Shown: piece after piece, positions 14,321 through 28,850 of the stretch | Layout: every line of letters starts with the position of its first letter | How positions within the stretch are numbered: position 1 is the first letter of the stretch | Origin: Camelus dromedarius | Lineage: Eukaryota | Direction of reading: 5' to 3' | DNA length: 64,000 nucleotides | NCBI RefSeq assembly: GCF_036321535.1 | Contig: NC_087437.1 | Coordinates: 1,860,001 to 1,924,000, forward strand | The notes under the pieces: generated by a model | Told to the model about the DNA's origin: nothing | Database searches by the model: none | The model's input: the letters and a program-made list of their open reading frames with translations, nothing else | Program-made: the position numbers and the translations under genes

Positions 14321-16149
14321 AAAAAAATACCTACTTAAAATTTTCCTAAACAAGCATTATTTGATTTTAAAATACCAGATAAGATCAAATTATTATTAAA
14401 TTTAGTGTCCTCTCAAATCTGACAGTAAAAGCAGGCATCTCTATAAACGGCCTGGCTGAGCTGTCTTCATGCTCCTCACCCTCCACTGCCATGCACAGTG
14501 CAGGGTGCATAGCTTTGGTTACGTGATTTCTTCTAGCCAACTTAAGCTCCCCAGGGGGAGGGACGGGCCAGCTCCAGCCCACCCCTACAGGAGGCACTGA
14601 CTGGTAGCGTTCACAATCCCTGGTCAATCCCTGACCGACCAATCAGGTCACATGTGAGAGTAAAACTTCAGTGGTACCATATGTGTGGAGTGGTACACAT
14701 CACCGCACACTATCATTCTGTATCACATGATCCTGTCTCCCCAGAAAAATGGGCAGAACAGGACTGATTATTTCAGTGTTATAAAGATACTGAAAGCTTA
14801 GAAAGGCAGAGTAAATTTCCTAATTTCCCAAATCCAGGGAAAAGGGAGGGACCCAAAACAGAGTCCAGGGTCTTTTTGACTGGGGACCTCACTTAGCCTT
14901 ATACGTTGCAAGGAGCCAGTTTTCATTTTAGAGCCCTACCCTTTTAATGTCTTCCTCTTACAGTGAAAATATCTGATTCTCTGAATTCTCAGCACATCTG
15001 TTCTCGCTTAAGAGCTCTCCAACTGTTCGGCTAGAAAGGCCTCCAGACCTCAGTGGCTCCTGGCCTGCATCCACACCATCAGAAAGCATTTATTCAGTGT
15101 CTTCCTATGCCTTTTACTATCTTCCAAAGGAAAGAATTTATTTTCAGCAGATGAACTGGCCATTTTCCCTGACTTACCCACTAGGTTGGGTAAATCAGGG
15201 GATTACTGTGTAATTTTCACAGAATAATTTTCATCCATGGCCTCCAAATCCAGCATCACTCATGCAAACAGCTCACCCAAGAAGAAATGACAAGTCCTGC
15301 TTTCAAGCTAGCATTAGGTTAATAGGATCATGGAAACACCAGGCCTCAAAGACCTTCTCTCTTGAGTCTCTCCTTCTTTCATTGGCAAATAAACATTTTG
15401 ACATCCCTCTATTTCCTTGTTTCCCCTTCCTACTTCCTTTGTGAGAGTTGGAAGGGAAAGGTTGGAAGGAGTCAGATTTGAGAAGGCAAAGAGTCAAAGA
15501 AGTAAAAAGAAGCAGGGGGCCAAAAGATGGAGGGCTGGAAAAAGGGGGAATTTAACCCATTATATCAGCTGTGATAGCATTTACAACTGAGGAAGAATAA
15601 CTTCATAGGCAAGAGCTGTTGAAATTAAATGTTCTGAAAACAGACTGGAGAAGATTGTTTTTTAAATTATGATATTTTTCAGAAAGAATGGCTTTAACAA
15701 GATGAAAATGGCAGCAATGGAGGTTCACAGATGGTGGGAGGTTCCACTCTAGAGAATCCTAGAGGGCAAAAGCAGGTAGAACAACAGAGGGAAGCCCCAG
15801 TCCGAGGTCAGGTGTCACAGAGCACAGAGCAAGCTGGCCTGGAGGCCCAGGGCAGGAGAAGCCACGGCCGTGAGCAGGACCACAAGAGGGACCAAGAGCA
15901 GGTTAGGCAGAGAGCAGGATCTTAATGCACATTGTTCATCATCTCTTTTCATTGTTCAAATCATTTTAAATGTACCTCTTTTCACTCTAATTGACACATT
16001 GACTGTCCACTGTGGAGAGGGTGCCCCTGAGGAAACACAGCTGTCCCCCAGATTTGAGTGATCATTAAGTAGATCTCCCCATATCCACCCCATGATTTTG
16101 TTATTGCACCCTACTTATTTTATTTATTAAACTTAAGAAAATTTTCAGC

Positions 16150-17130
16150 CTCATGGAACACAAGACCAAAACTCAAAGCAGCATAACCAATAAGGAAATG
16201 TCTTAACTCGATAGCATGCTTCCCAGCATCTCCAGAACTGGTTCACTCAAAGATCACAGCAGCCTCAAGGACACAGCTCCCTGGGTCTCCCTCTCTGCCA
16301 TCCATGTCATGTTGGCTTCCCTCAGCCTAGGCCCCCTCACTATTCCAGGTGGCAGCCACAAAGGTCCTGGGGTCACCTGTTGACACAACCACTTCCAGTA
16401 CCAGAAGTCTAGGTCCTCCTCTATGTCTCTTTTTAAGAACCATTCCCAAGAGCCCCCTATAGCAGTCAAGGTTTGGATAGGGAAGAGCTGGTACTCTCAC
16501 AGAATTTAATTGAAGTGAATTTGACAGAGGGACCATTTAAAGACCTTGAGCAGAAGTGTTAAGGGGACAGACCAATGAAAGATGGTAAAGTGCCAAGGAT
16601 TAGTAACAGCAGGAAGCTAATACTACTTCTGGTCCTTAAGGGACAAGAGGAAATGAAATCAAGAGAGCTGTTGCAAAGGAAGAGGTTGTCAGACAGGCCC
16701 TGTGCCTCAGAGGAATTAAGCTGCTGGCAGGATCACTGCCAGGAGGACAGGGGTCAGGAGGGAGAATGGTAAATACTCTTAGCTCCTAGCAGTGCCCCCA
16801 TTAGCCAAACTCGGTGGGAAGCCAGCAGGCAGGGAAACCTTTGTGGGGCAATCCTTAGGGGCCAGAAAGGCCATGAAAAACAGAGAATGGTTCTGGATGG
16901 AGAGACGCAAGTGGAAAATGATCGCACAGCCTTCAAGACCCCTCTTCATGTACATTGTTATCCAGAATAAGGTCATGTGCCTGTCCTTAAACCAATCACT
17001 CTCAAGGGCATGGACTCAGAACCCTAGACTGGTCAATATTTAACAATGACTCACATGGGAGAGCGGGAGACTCCCAAACAAAACTGGAGTTCTTCCAGCG
17101 AGGAAGGAGGACACAGTATCTGCTACAATA
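16150..17130 (-). mobile_element. Old MaLR LTR (MLT1K-like) split by an ERVL-type LTR (LTR33/LTR41-like, ~16460-16930)
   Basis: MLT1-like halves 'ctctgccatccatgtcatgttggcttc' and 'ggtcatgtgcctgtccttaaaccaatcact' flank 'gttaaggggacagaccaatgaaagatggtaaagtgccaaggattagtaacagcaggaagct'. Confidence 0.55.
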
Positions 17131-17963
17131 GGTATTTCTAGAAAAAATGTAAGTTTGATGATCTTTTTTTTTTGACTACTCTAACCTGGCCAAAAAAAAA
17201 AAAAAAAAAGGAACGATTATAAGCTAGTGTTCAAAATATTTTGTGTGTGTGGAAATTTACTAGTCCACGAAATCTAAAAGTTTTGGGACAGCTTCTACAT
17301 ACTTATTAATACAAAAGACTATTTAGTGTCATTAGGATTTGGGGATTGAGAGTTAAAAGAGGTCTGCAGGCTAAAGGCTGGGTAATATAGATCCACCTTA
17401 GACCCTAGACGGTAAGGTCACCAACTGAAACAGCCCTCCATAGAATGTTCTCTGGCACTTTGTCTACTGGAGTTTTAAGTGGCTCACAGAGTGGTGATTC
17501 TTGAGAAGACAGTAACATTTCCTCTCCTGCTCTGAAATAGGCCACAACACACAAATCCAATCTAATTCTCACCCAATGCACCGATTATTACAATAGCCAA
17601 AAGGCAAAGAGAACAGTTTAGCATGGAATAAAAGCACTCCAATTGCGACCTCTTTATTGAAAGGACAAACCAGGAAAGGAAGTGTGTGCACTGCAGTCAC
17701 CCAGAAGCCAGACCTAGAAGGAGCATCACCTGACAGTCTCAACAGTGACTTATCATTTCATCCAATGACAGCTGACAGAACAATGAAGAGTTTTGCCTTC
17801 TCTACCCAAGGTGCAGATGGCACAGCTGTGAGCAAACACTGTGAATAAATTTCTGTGAAACTTCCAGCTGACTTTCAGACAGTTCTGATATGAAGAATAA
17901 GAGAATGTTACACTGAACAAAATCCAAATAATTTAGAAATAAACATTTATTGAATTTCTACAA

Positions 17964-18330
17964 TGTATTAGTCTGTTTGGGCTACTATAACAAAACTATC
18001 ACAGACTGACTGGCTTATAATCAACATAAATTTATTTCTCACAGTTCCAGAGGCTGGGAAGTCCAAGATCAAGGCACTGGCAGGTTCAGTGTCTGGTAAG
18101 TCTTCCTCCTGGTTCATAGATGGCCATCTTCTTGCTGTGTCCTCATATCAAGGCAGAAGTGGGGAGGGAGTCTTCTGGGGCCTCTTTCATAAGGACACTA
18201 ATCCCATTCCTGACAACTTTGCCTTCGTGACCTAATCACCTTCTCTAGGCTCCACCTTCAAGTACCATCACATTGGTTAAATTTTAGCACTAATTTTTGG
18301 GGAGGCAGTGCAAATATTCTGTCTATGGCA
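17964..18330 (-). mobile_element. MLT1A-type MaLR solo LTR
   Basis: Begins 'tgtattagtctgtttgggctactataacaaa', contains 'aaatttatttctcacagttccagaggctgggaagtccaagatcaagg', ends 'ctatggca'. About 365 bp. Confidence 0.88.
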
Positions 18331-19119
18331 GACAGCATCAGGAAACAGGAACAAAAAGACAATAAAGGATGCTAGAGGTCTGGGTTAGCAGGAAGATAAA
18401 GGAGCAGGTACCTACAAACAGCCTGGTATGAATGAGGTTCCCTTATAGATATTCTCATAGATCTGTTCTAGCTACAGGACAAAGGGCGGCTAACCCTTCA
18501 GGGCAAGAGAAGAATTAGCAAGTTTTGGACTCAGCACTCTGACTACTTGTAGTATAACTATTTGTTAACTTAAACAAACTCCTTAATTCTGACAGCAAAT
18601 AACTATTACTCCCAAAAAAGCCAAATTATTCCCTCAATCTGCAAATGGAAGATGGTGATTTGGGGGCATATTCTCATTTATTCACACACACCTGGGATGG
18701 TAACAAAGGCAGGGTAATCTGACTGAAGTTGTATGGAACAGCAGAAATTGGTGAACTTGCCAGTTGCTTCTCTCACACGCAGGCATTATGCTCCCGCCAG
18801 GTACGTGTCTTATTACACTTGCAAAAATAAGGTCATGGATAAGAAAGTGTTATGACAATGACCAAAGAGAAATCATTTGAAGGCAGTTAGAATAGGCCTT
18901 TAGGAGGAAATAGGTCTTAAGAAGGAATCTGAAGATCAAGAGATATTGGTAAATCAAGGACAGCTGGCAAGCAGTCTGGTAATCTTTAGCATCAGAGAAG
19001 ATGGAGAAGGGATGTTGAAGATGTTGGCCTGGGAGGAATAGAAGGTCTGAGAAAACTTGTTAATAAGGAGAAAAGAAGGGGAATGACAGCTAAAGATGCA
19101 ATAAATCTCAAAGTCCATG

Positions 19120-19470
19120 TGCTATAGTCTGAACATCTGTGTCCCCCCCAAATTCACATGTTGAAATCCTAATGCCCAGTGTGACGGTTTTCAGAGGTGG
19201 GGCCTTTGGGAGGTGATTAGGACATGAGGGTGGAGCCCTCATGAATGGGATTGGTGCCCTTATAGAAGAGACTCCAGAGAGCCCCCTTGCCCCTTCCACC
19301 ATGTGAGGACACAACGAGGGGTCTGCAGCCCAGAAGAGGATATTCACCCCACCATGCTGGCACCCTGATCTTGGATGTCCAGATGCCAGACTGTGAGAAA
19401 TAAATTCCTGGTATTTATAAGCCACCCAGTTTGTGGAATTTTGTTACAGCAGCCTGAACATCCTAAGACA
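19120..19470 (+). mobile_element. MLT1A-type MaLR solo LTR, full length
   Basis: TG...CA termini ('tgctatagtctgaac'...'ctaagaca'). Contains 'ggtggggcctttgggaggtgattagg' and the polyA signal 'gagaaataaatt'. 351 bp. Confidence 0.92.
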
Positions 19471-20449
19471 CCACAGCTTGAAGATTTGAAGGAAAAAATG
19501 GGTGATGGGAAGCCAATGAAAGGATCTGAAATAAAAGATTACATTCTTTGTATAAAAGTTATTTGGGAAATAGAGTTCATCTAGTAAGTGTCTGAGTGAA
19601 GAAACAGAAGGGCTATCCTCTCCTGCTCTTGTCTCAAGCACTGTAAGGAGCCACATGATGTCTTCTGGGAGCTACTGTCAAGGACTATGAATATAGGAAA
19701 AAAATGATAGCCACTTGTAATGCCAATATCTGAATCCAATGAAGATTATATGCATGGTGTCATAAACCATAGTAGGAAACCAGAAAGGCAAGAGAGGGTC
19801 AAAGTGGAATGCAGAGAGTTTATTCACCATCATCTTTAAGTCTGGGTGACAATCAAACATCCAAGAGGAAGTAGCTCAGCCACAGAAGGTACTTAATCTA
19901 AATGTGAGACCAGTTTGGTTTTGTTTCCTCTGAATTTAGCTGCTTCAAAAATATAAAAAGCAAATTCCATAATAACCAAGAAAAGTCTGTGTGCAGTTCA
20001 CAGAACACTAACCCAACTCTGGGTAAAGGAAGTGGGGGAGTGCTTACATTTCAAACAAAAATTTTGCATCTGCAATTAACTTAGATTTATATTCAATTTA
20101 GTTTTCCTGTTCAACTTCCAGAATATTTTAACTGTAAAATCCCCTGAATAAAAAATAAATAAAAACTTGTAATGAGAAAATCTGGTACTACTTTGTGAAT
20201 CAACTTTTTAAATGGGCAAAAACATTTCCATGTGTTAGCATGACTCTACTAGACACTTACGCATCCTACTGCTTCATCTATGGGTAAACAGACTACAGTG
20301 AGCTGACTAAAGCATTGTGTTGATGGGTCGGTCCCCAGGAAAGCAGACAGTGAGGCTGAGTTAGAAGGGCAAGAGATTGGGAGTTGGGGTGATGTCTGTG
20401 AAAAACATCCAAGGAGGAATGAAGATGACCAGTGGTTCAGCTCTACCCT

Positions 20450-20646
20450 TTGTATCTGTCTGTGTCCTAATCTCCTTTTCTTATAAGGACACCAGTCATA
20501 ATGGATTAAGCCCACCCTAACGACCTCATTTCAACTTAACTATCCTCCTTAAAGACCCCATCTCCAAATACAATCACATTTCAAAGCACTGGGGGTTAGA
20601 ACTTCAAAGTATGAAATTGGTGAGGGGCACAATTCAGCCCACAGTA
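20450..20646 (-). mobile_element. MLT1B/C-type MaLR LTR fragment
   Basis: 'cttataaggacaccagtcataatggattaagcccaccctaacgacctcattt...ggggcacaattcagccc'. Confidence 0.82.
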
Positions 20647-22129
20647 ATAACTAAATGGGGTTAATTAAGTAATTTCAGAGACACAAAAGAAGAATAAGCC
20701 CAATGAAGGAAACTATGATGGAAAATTAAGAAATCAGAGTAGAACTGAGAGACCATGGTCACAAAAGCCAAGAGAGAAGAAAGGTTGAAGAAGGAGGAAG
20801 TGTTACACAGTGCTGCAGAGAATTTATGTAAGATGAAGTGTCAGGTGCCCTTCCACCAGAGGAAGATGCTCTTCCTGGAACTAGGATGTTGCCCTCTGCA
20901 TCCCTGAGCTGTATAACTGTCAGATGACCTCTTCTGTGAAACACTAGCTAGGATGATCCTGTGCAACTGGAAATCATAACTGGGGAAAGAGAATACCTCA
21001 GTGTCTCAGAGTTCTGAAAATGTCTAATAAATTTCACTGAATAGAGGCAGGCTTAATCCTTTCCAGAGTATCTTTCAATCCACTTTTTAAATCCAAAAGA
21101 CCTCACTCTTACTTAATATTTTGAGGTTAAGGGTTTACTCCAGTAGTAAAATATGCCAGATCAGATTCTGAGCTCAGGAACTCAGAGTGAAAACATTTCT
21201 TGAGAGATATTCTACTCATAACATTAGTTATGGCAAGACACAGTTTGCTATACAAAAGGAAGATGCTGTTAAGAAGCCAAGAATTATCATTGTGCTGTGT
21301 CTCCATTCCCTTTGTAGTCCTCAAAAACCTTGTGAAGTTGTGAGTCTATAGAAAGGAAACCATGTTCACTCAAGGGGGAATGTAAAAATAAAACCATTTA
21401 TCCTTATCCTGATGGGAAATGTGAATTTTTAAAATGTTCTAATGTTATTTTTGCAAGTCAGTATATAAGCATTACTGGAAAGTCCAATATTGCCTGAGTT
21501 TTATAGCTCCCAGCTTTTAGGAAGACATTTAGATCAGAAAACAGTTTTATCTAATCCTTTGAGTTAACACAGGTTTTGATAACATTGACTGAATGTATGG
21601 ATTAGAAGTTAGAAGTATTGCTATTATTGATCCTTTTCTGATATATACTTTTCCTCAATAATTCATCAATTCCTGACAAAACAATTAAAACTGAGCATTT
21701 ATGGAGAGCTCACCTTTTTGCAGACAGTGGGCTAAGTGCTTTATATTTGCATCCAGGCCCTTTCTACCTGCTTCTCAAGAAACCTCACCCTTCACCCCAC
21801 ATCCCAGTGACTAGAAAGCTCTCCTGTCTATCACACACCAGACCTGGAGATGATAGAGGGTCCCTCCTCAATCTCCTTCCACTTCCAGATCCTTCTCCCT
21901 CCCTTCTACTTTAAATCACATCATTGCCCCTCATTATTCCCCACCTTTTCCAACAATAACAGTTCCTGGCTCATTGGTGCCCTCTCTACCATACCTCCTG
22001 CCTTCTCTTAGCATGTCCAATACAAGGGTAATAATCCTTCCTGTGTCCCACCCTTCCATTCCACTGAACTTCTACCCTCCCATCACCTTGACTTCCTTCT
22101 TCACATAAACAGCCGCTGATTTCCACAGA

Positions 22130-22610
22130 CACACCCACATCTCGTGTTGACCAGTTATTATGGTGCTTTGCCCCTCTGGACTTCTAAGTACTGGAGAGTC
22201 CCCAGGCTCAGTAATCGGTCCTCTTTTTGTCTCTGTCTCTACTTGCTCCCTGGAGATCTCATCCAAGTTCATGGCCAGAAATACCATCCACATGCCGATG
22301 ATGCCCAAATGAGTATCTCCAGTCCTGTCCTCTATCCTGAACTCCAGAACTGGACATCCAGTAGTCTACTCATCTTTTTCACTTGATTATAATACATGTC
22401 TCAAACTCACACATCCACAACTGGGCTGGCTTCCCCCACCAAGCTTGCTCAGCCACATTTCCCATATTATTGGACAGCAATTCCATCCTTCTGGCTACTC
22501 TAGTCTAAAACTGAAGTCTCCTTGGACTCACCCTTGACTCCTCTTTCTCTCATGCCCTATATCCAATCTATCAGGAATTTCCATTGTCTCTTTCTTCAAA
22601 ATATACCTGG
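22130..22610 (+). mobile_element. LINE-2 reverse-transcriptase remnant
   Basis: Translation GDLIQVHGQKYHPHADDAQMSISSPVLYPELQ is a decayed L2 RT YADD motif. It is preceded in another frame by a GxPQGSVIGPLF-like segment. Confidence 0.85.
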
Positions 22611-25600
22611 AGTCATCAAGAAAGAAATGAAAACAGAAGTCTGCACTTGAAACATTATTACATAAATCTAAGATTAAAATATGTAATCTGTTCTGCAAAC
22701 TCTGTTTCCATACTGAAATGGCTTGTGTACTTTTTCCTGCACAATCATCATCATCTTGTCAGGCCACTTCTCAAAACTGGAAACATCAGAAACTCAACGC
22801 TTTTCAATCTAATTATCTGTCACTCACTCAGTTTTCAGTGTGGGCTACAGGCAGCAACACATGGCTATGAAGGATTATTCACTAGATTAAATACACTATA
22901 TAGTAAAATAAACACTCAACACCTTTAGCAATAGGAACAAGAAAGTCATTTTAATCTCATTTTGGCCAATAGCTTCCTAACTGTCCTCTATTTTCCTCCC
23001 AGTGGTCCACAAGGACCAGACATTGGCAAAGCCCAGAGCAGGTCAGCAGCAGAGCCTAGAACCTGAACTTAGCACCCTTCCCAATGTGTGTCTATGCTGT
23101 GATGAGGGCAATAAATCAGGCACAACAAGAGACATCTTGGCCCTTGCTTAGTCCTGTGCCATGAAGGCTGTAAAAGTCGGGCTTTCCATCCTATTCCTCA
23201 GCCATTCTTTTTGTCATTTTATTCTACTTAGCTATTAACAAATAACGAATTTGGGAACATTTCATGATCGTGGTTGAGAAAACTCTGGAGTGTTAAGGAA
23301 TTGGCTGGGTGTTTTGATAACTTTTCACAGCATGTTTGGCCATACTGCATAATTTACTTCATAAACATCCCAATGTGAACTTAATTAAGTCTGGTGAGAA
23401 GCAACAATACTCTCAAGAAATAAGAGAACAGCAACCAACATGGTTCTTGGCTCTTGCAAAACTTAGATTTAGACTACTATAAATATACTCCACTGTGCAT
23501 ACTGCCAAATACTATATTTCAGTGTCTGTTCATAAAACATAATTTGAAATACATGTCAGATGATAAACAGCCTTTTTGTAAAAGGAAGTTATTATCTGTG
23601 ATAAAAGCAGTTGTTGACATTAGAAATGTGGATGCGAGGATCCAGATGGGAAATTTAATAAAAAGAAAACAAATGTGGCAGGGAAAATGGGGGTTAACAA
23701 TATGGCAAAGCAAAGCCAGATCTGGCTGCAAATATCTGCCTACAGGCAAAACCTGGACTCCTACCTTTCAGATGTGCCATCAGGGGCAACAAGAAGCAAA
23801 ACATGGCCTCAGATTTAGAAAAGGAAAATAGACTATTTAATGTATCACTGCTTGCTTAGCAGGAATCCTGTGAGTAGACATAGGTACCTGTTAATTCTGA
23901 AGCACCACTTCTTTTGGTGTCTAATGTTAATTGCCTGTGGATTTCCACTTTGCCAGCCTTCCTCATCCCACATCCTCCAGCAGGCCCAACCTGTAGTCTG
24001 ATGAACTGGTTTTAATTATAATCCCCAAAGATTTGCAGATATGAGACCACACTGTAGGAACTGTATTTCAACATGTTTTCCTAGGCTCAGCTAATCTGTT
24101 AAATGTTAGCTTCTTTAAATAAAACCCACTGGAAAGTTCTCCCCTCTCCACATCCGTGCAGTTTCCTCCTGGAAGTGATTAGCACGGATCACCAGGATCC
24201 TGTGAACTCCCAGCGTGCCTTCCAGATGCACACCATAGCAAACCATCACAGTGGATGCAGGTACTGGTGTTGATGCTGTTTGGAGCTCATGTTTTTAGTA
24301 CTTCCTGTAAGACAGTTGTGTTTTTCAGCTAGTGTTTCACCCCAGGCTGTCTGTAGCACGGTTTTTTCCTTAATGTCCAAAAGAATTCCATGCCTACACA
24401 AGTAACTGAAAATTCATAGGTTTTCCAAAAGGGGTTTGTGGGGTACCAATTAAAATTTGTCACTGGACTCCAAGGGTTTACTTAAGTTTGGCTTTTAAGT
24501 TAGAGGTTTGTTCTAAAACCCAGAAAGGATATACTAAAAGCATCAAAGGAGAGTCAAGTTTTCTGATGTATTTTTAGTACAGGTGCAACCCTTTCAAGAT
24601 GGAAGCTTTTGATAGTTCTCCGAACTTCAGCATAATTTAGCAAACCACTCAACAATAATGCCCTTTCAGGTTTGAGAATTCCTATCACTCAACACAACCT
24701 GTAATCTTGAGTACCACAGAGCCCCTGTCTTTTCCTTCTCTTCCTAAGTAAATTGCTGGAAGATTCAAATTATAATAGAACTAATGCGCATGAAAACTGT
24801 GGGTGGTGTGGAAACATTTGGCCCTGCCTCAAGCCCACAAAAACTCCAGAAGGAAGGCAGCACCCAAGGGTGTGCAGATGACATCACAGAAAAGGACAGA
24901 CCTTGAGATCCTGAATGATTTCCTATGTTTCCTGTGTGTTCCATAGCACAGAAATGTTTCTAGTAAGATGATTCTCAATAAGAATCAAACACTTCTTCAA
25001 GTCTTGCCATGAATGTATTTGAAAACAATAGCCACATGAATAGAAATCAGATCTGGAAAGATCTACCCAGGTTGATTTAAGGGCATCCAAGCTAGGGAGT
25101 TTAAGAAAGTTTAGACCTTTCAACATTTTCTAAGCAGTATTAGGCAGCACCCAATTGCTAATTGAGACCCACAGCAGGGGGATGGAAGTCCTGCATTGAA
25201 ACTCTCAGGCTTAGGGGCCATTTTCAGCCTCTGAGTGAAAATCCAGAGCTGGATCTTTGGGTGGTAACTGCCTCCCAATCCTCTCTGCTGATGTGGGTTG
25301 GCAGCCCCACAGAGCAAGCACACATGGAGCCAGCTAGTTAAATTTTGGCCAAATAGTAACCTTAAAGAGGGCACTTTCAGGATCTGGGTATGAACATGTA
25401 ATTATTTCTTTTAAATATTTCAAACCTGCAGGATATTGAATAAACAGGTAGTTAGGAAGGTTGGGGAAAAGCCAATCTGAATGCAAACCTCAACTTCAGA
25501 GACACTCAATACATTCATTTGTGAGAATGCTGTGCTCGCTGTGATACAAAACAAGATGGTTATGTACAGAGACTACTAGTCTTTCATTTTAATTCTAATT

Positions 25601-28385
25601 ATTTGCAACTTTTCTTATTGCAACAGGAATACATGAACATAATATAAAATCTTAGGATATATATATGCAAAAAGGAGAAAATTGGTGTCATCTTTGATCT
25701 TAGCCCACAGCGGTAACCAATGTTAGAATTCTGGTGTATGTCACTCATTCCTTTACTCCTTTGTTACTCAGTTCTTTATTTAGCACCAATTAAGGGCCAG
25801 GACTACATATATCCTTTCTGTTCTTTATCTATAGATAAATATGCATATATTTAAAACATGGAAATATTTTCTACATAGGACTTTAAGCTGATATATACTA
25901 ATATATTAAGAACACTATATATCATCTACTGTATACCATATTAATAGCCATATAATATTCCATTAAATGTATTGATGGACCATTATTTAAACAAACTATG
26001 ATTGCTAAGCATATGCCTTTTATGTAATTAAAAGTACTGTGCTAAATGGAAGCTGTACACACATCTATGACGGTTTCATGATCGTAAGTTCTTATAGGTA
26101 AGCTTACTATATCAAAGAACATGTTTTTTTAAAGGATTTTCCAAACTTATTACCAAATTATCCAATACTTGTATTTTATATTCCCACCAAAAGTATGTGA
26201 TTTCTGTTCCAAAAATTGATCCTTTTTTCAAATTTTATCAATTTGCTAGGTAAAAATGACACATCATTTTGACCTGCAGTGTTTTCAGTTATTAGGGAAA
26301 TTGAGCTTTTTCTCATTTGGCTAGCTTGTTCCTTCAATCAACAATAAAAGGCACTTATTGAGTACCTATTATGTTACAGATCAGTTCTAGGCTCTGGAGA
26401 AGATTAGTGCTTTGCAAATCATGTGAAGAATAATGAAATACTAGGAGACATAACACAGAGCAAATAAGACTTAGAAGGGACAGTCATTTCAAGAGCTACA
26501 GTATGAAAAGGAAATTGGATCAGCTGCATTTTTTCTTCTTGTAATCTCTTTTTAAACTTTTTGTTTTGTACATATACTACATACAACAAAATACATACAA
26601 GTTAACATTTTAAAGAACTATAATTTGAAAATAAATGAACCAAATGCCCACACACCTATCACCCTGCTTAAGAAACAAACACAGCTGACTATCCTGAAGC
26701 CCTCCTATGATGCCTCCACCTGCCCCTCCTTCCTTCCAAGAGGTTAGCTGCTGCATCTTATATAAGCCACTCCTTGATTTTCTTTCTAAATTTTCCCACA
26801 TGTGAGAGTATCCCTGAATAACATACTGTTGAGTTTCACCTGGCTTTGAATTGTGTGTAAGTTCTTCTGCAAATTAGTATTTTGTTTGTTTTGTTCTATT
26901 TGGCTTTTGCATACACTGTGTTTTTACCTGATCTGTGTTGACTACAGGTTCATCATTTCCACTGATCTAAAGTCTTCCATTGCATAATGCACCCCAATAT
27001 GCATATCCATCATGCTGTCAGTGGACACAGAGATTTAGGGCATTTTCTCTTCACAGCTGCCACAAGCAATACAGCTGTGAATAATCCTCCATGTGCCTCC
27101 CAATCAAACAGTGTGAGACATACCCTAGGATATCACTTAGATCTGCCCACATGAAATGATCATTTTTGAACGTTAAAAGTGGTTGAGTGATTAGCTTGTA
27201 GGATACACATGTGTTACACCTAACTCCTAATAAATTGTTTCCTAAATTGGTTTCATCAACTCACTCAGGAACAGCAGTGTTTGAAAGCTCTTTTTGTTCC
27301 AAACAACACTTGCTATCATGAGACACTTTAATTGGGGCCAGTGGAGGGTGTACAGTGACATCTCATTGCCGACTGTCCTGATAACTAGTGAGGCCAAGCA
27401 CTTTTCATGTGTTCAATAGTTCCTCATTCCTCTTCTGTGTCTTCCCTCTTCATAGTTTCTGTCTCTGTTTTAAGTGGGGTATTTATCATTTCCCTATTAA
27501 TTTGTAAGCATTTGTACTTATCTTCAGAATACTAATCCTTTGCCAGGCATGTGTTGAAATATCCCAGATTGTGACTTGGTTTTTCACTCTCTCACTGGTG
27601 CTTTTTGAAGGCCAGAGGGTCTTAATTGTACTGTGGTTTAATTTATCCACTTTTCCTTTATGGTTCCTGCCTTTTGTACTTGATTAAGAAATCCTGCTCT
27701 AGTCCCAAAGTCGTAAAGATATTCTTCTATGTTTTCTTCTAAGTATGTTAAAGTTTTGCCTTTCACATTTTGGATTTTAATCCACCTTGCCCTCTCGCTT
27801 CAGGATTGTCATTTGAATCTGGACTATGAGATAGCTTTTATGATTTTCCCATATACATAACAGACCTCAGCACCACTTGTCCAATAACCCATCATTTCCA
27901 TGTGGACCTGCAATTGTGAGCTCTACTATTTATGAGATTTCTGTTTTAAAGGCATATTTCTGGGTTCTCTATTCTATTCCTCTGGTCTCATTGTGCTGAT
28001 TGTGTCTTAACTGCTAAAACTTTATAAAAAGACTTGTTATCTTATAGAGTTATGTGTTCTGCCTGGATCTTCTTAAGACTGCCTTGGTTATTTTCATCAA
28101 TTTACCCTTCTATTTAAATTTTAGAATCTGCTAGTCAAGTCCCACAAAAAAATATCCTGTTGGAATTTTTATTAAATTGCTTTCAGTCTCTAACCAGAGA
28201 TCGAGAATTGACAGAATTTGCGTCAATTGAGAATTTAATAATCAGTGGTAGAAAACTGACATGTTTGTGATAAGTCTTCCTACCATGAATATGGTTCTTT
28301 CTCCATTTACTTAGTTTCCTTTATTGTGGTTGAATACAACTGTATGTGTCTACATTAAAGCACCTTCAGGGCATTTGTTAAATGT

Positions 28386-28850
28386 GTGATGGGCATTCTC
28401 CCTTTGCCCTCGAATGTACCCTTCACCATTCCCATCATGCCCTGTGCCCAGGAGATGAACTCTGTAGATGCTACATCAGGAAGTCCCTGCATCCTGACTC
28501 CCAAGAGGGATGGAAATAAGCAATGGCCAGGAGATCACAGGAAGAGAGTAAGACTAGGCGTTGTCCTCCTGCCCCCTCTCTTCAGGCAACTGGTCAGCAG
28601 GGCTGTGCTCTTCTACTGAAACACTCACCTCCCACTTTCAGTAGTTGCCTAAAGCTGCAGCGCCCCCCCCAGATTCTGTTAGCCACTCCCCACGTTCACC
28701 CACCGAAGATCTGAGGGTCCTCTGGTGTTACTTACCCTGGGGGTTTGACCATCTTTGTTGGCGTCCCTTCACCCAGCCTGCATCTTTCTAGTCATCAAAC
28801 TCTACATTGAGGATGCTACCTATTCCCTATGGAGACTGTGACTAGATACA
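28386..28850 (+). mobile_element. LTR33-like ERVL solo LTR inserted in L1
   Basis: GC-richer block with TG...CA ends ('tgtgatgggcattctccc'...'gactagataca') and 'ccctgtgcccaggagatgaactctgtagatgctacatcagg'. Confidence 0.65.

Noticed and set aside
24190..24391. Minus-strand segment after 'ttgtgtag' open for ~48 codons (HGILLDIKEKTVLQTAWGE...)
   Set aside because: It ends in a stop, has a weak donor, and has no recognisable homology or linked exons.
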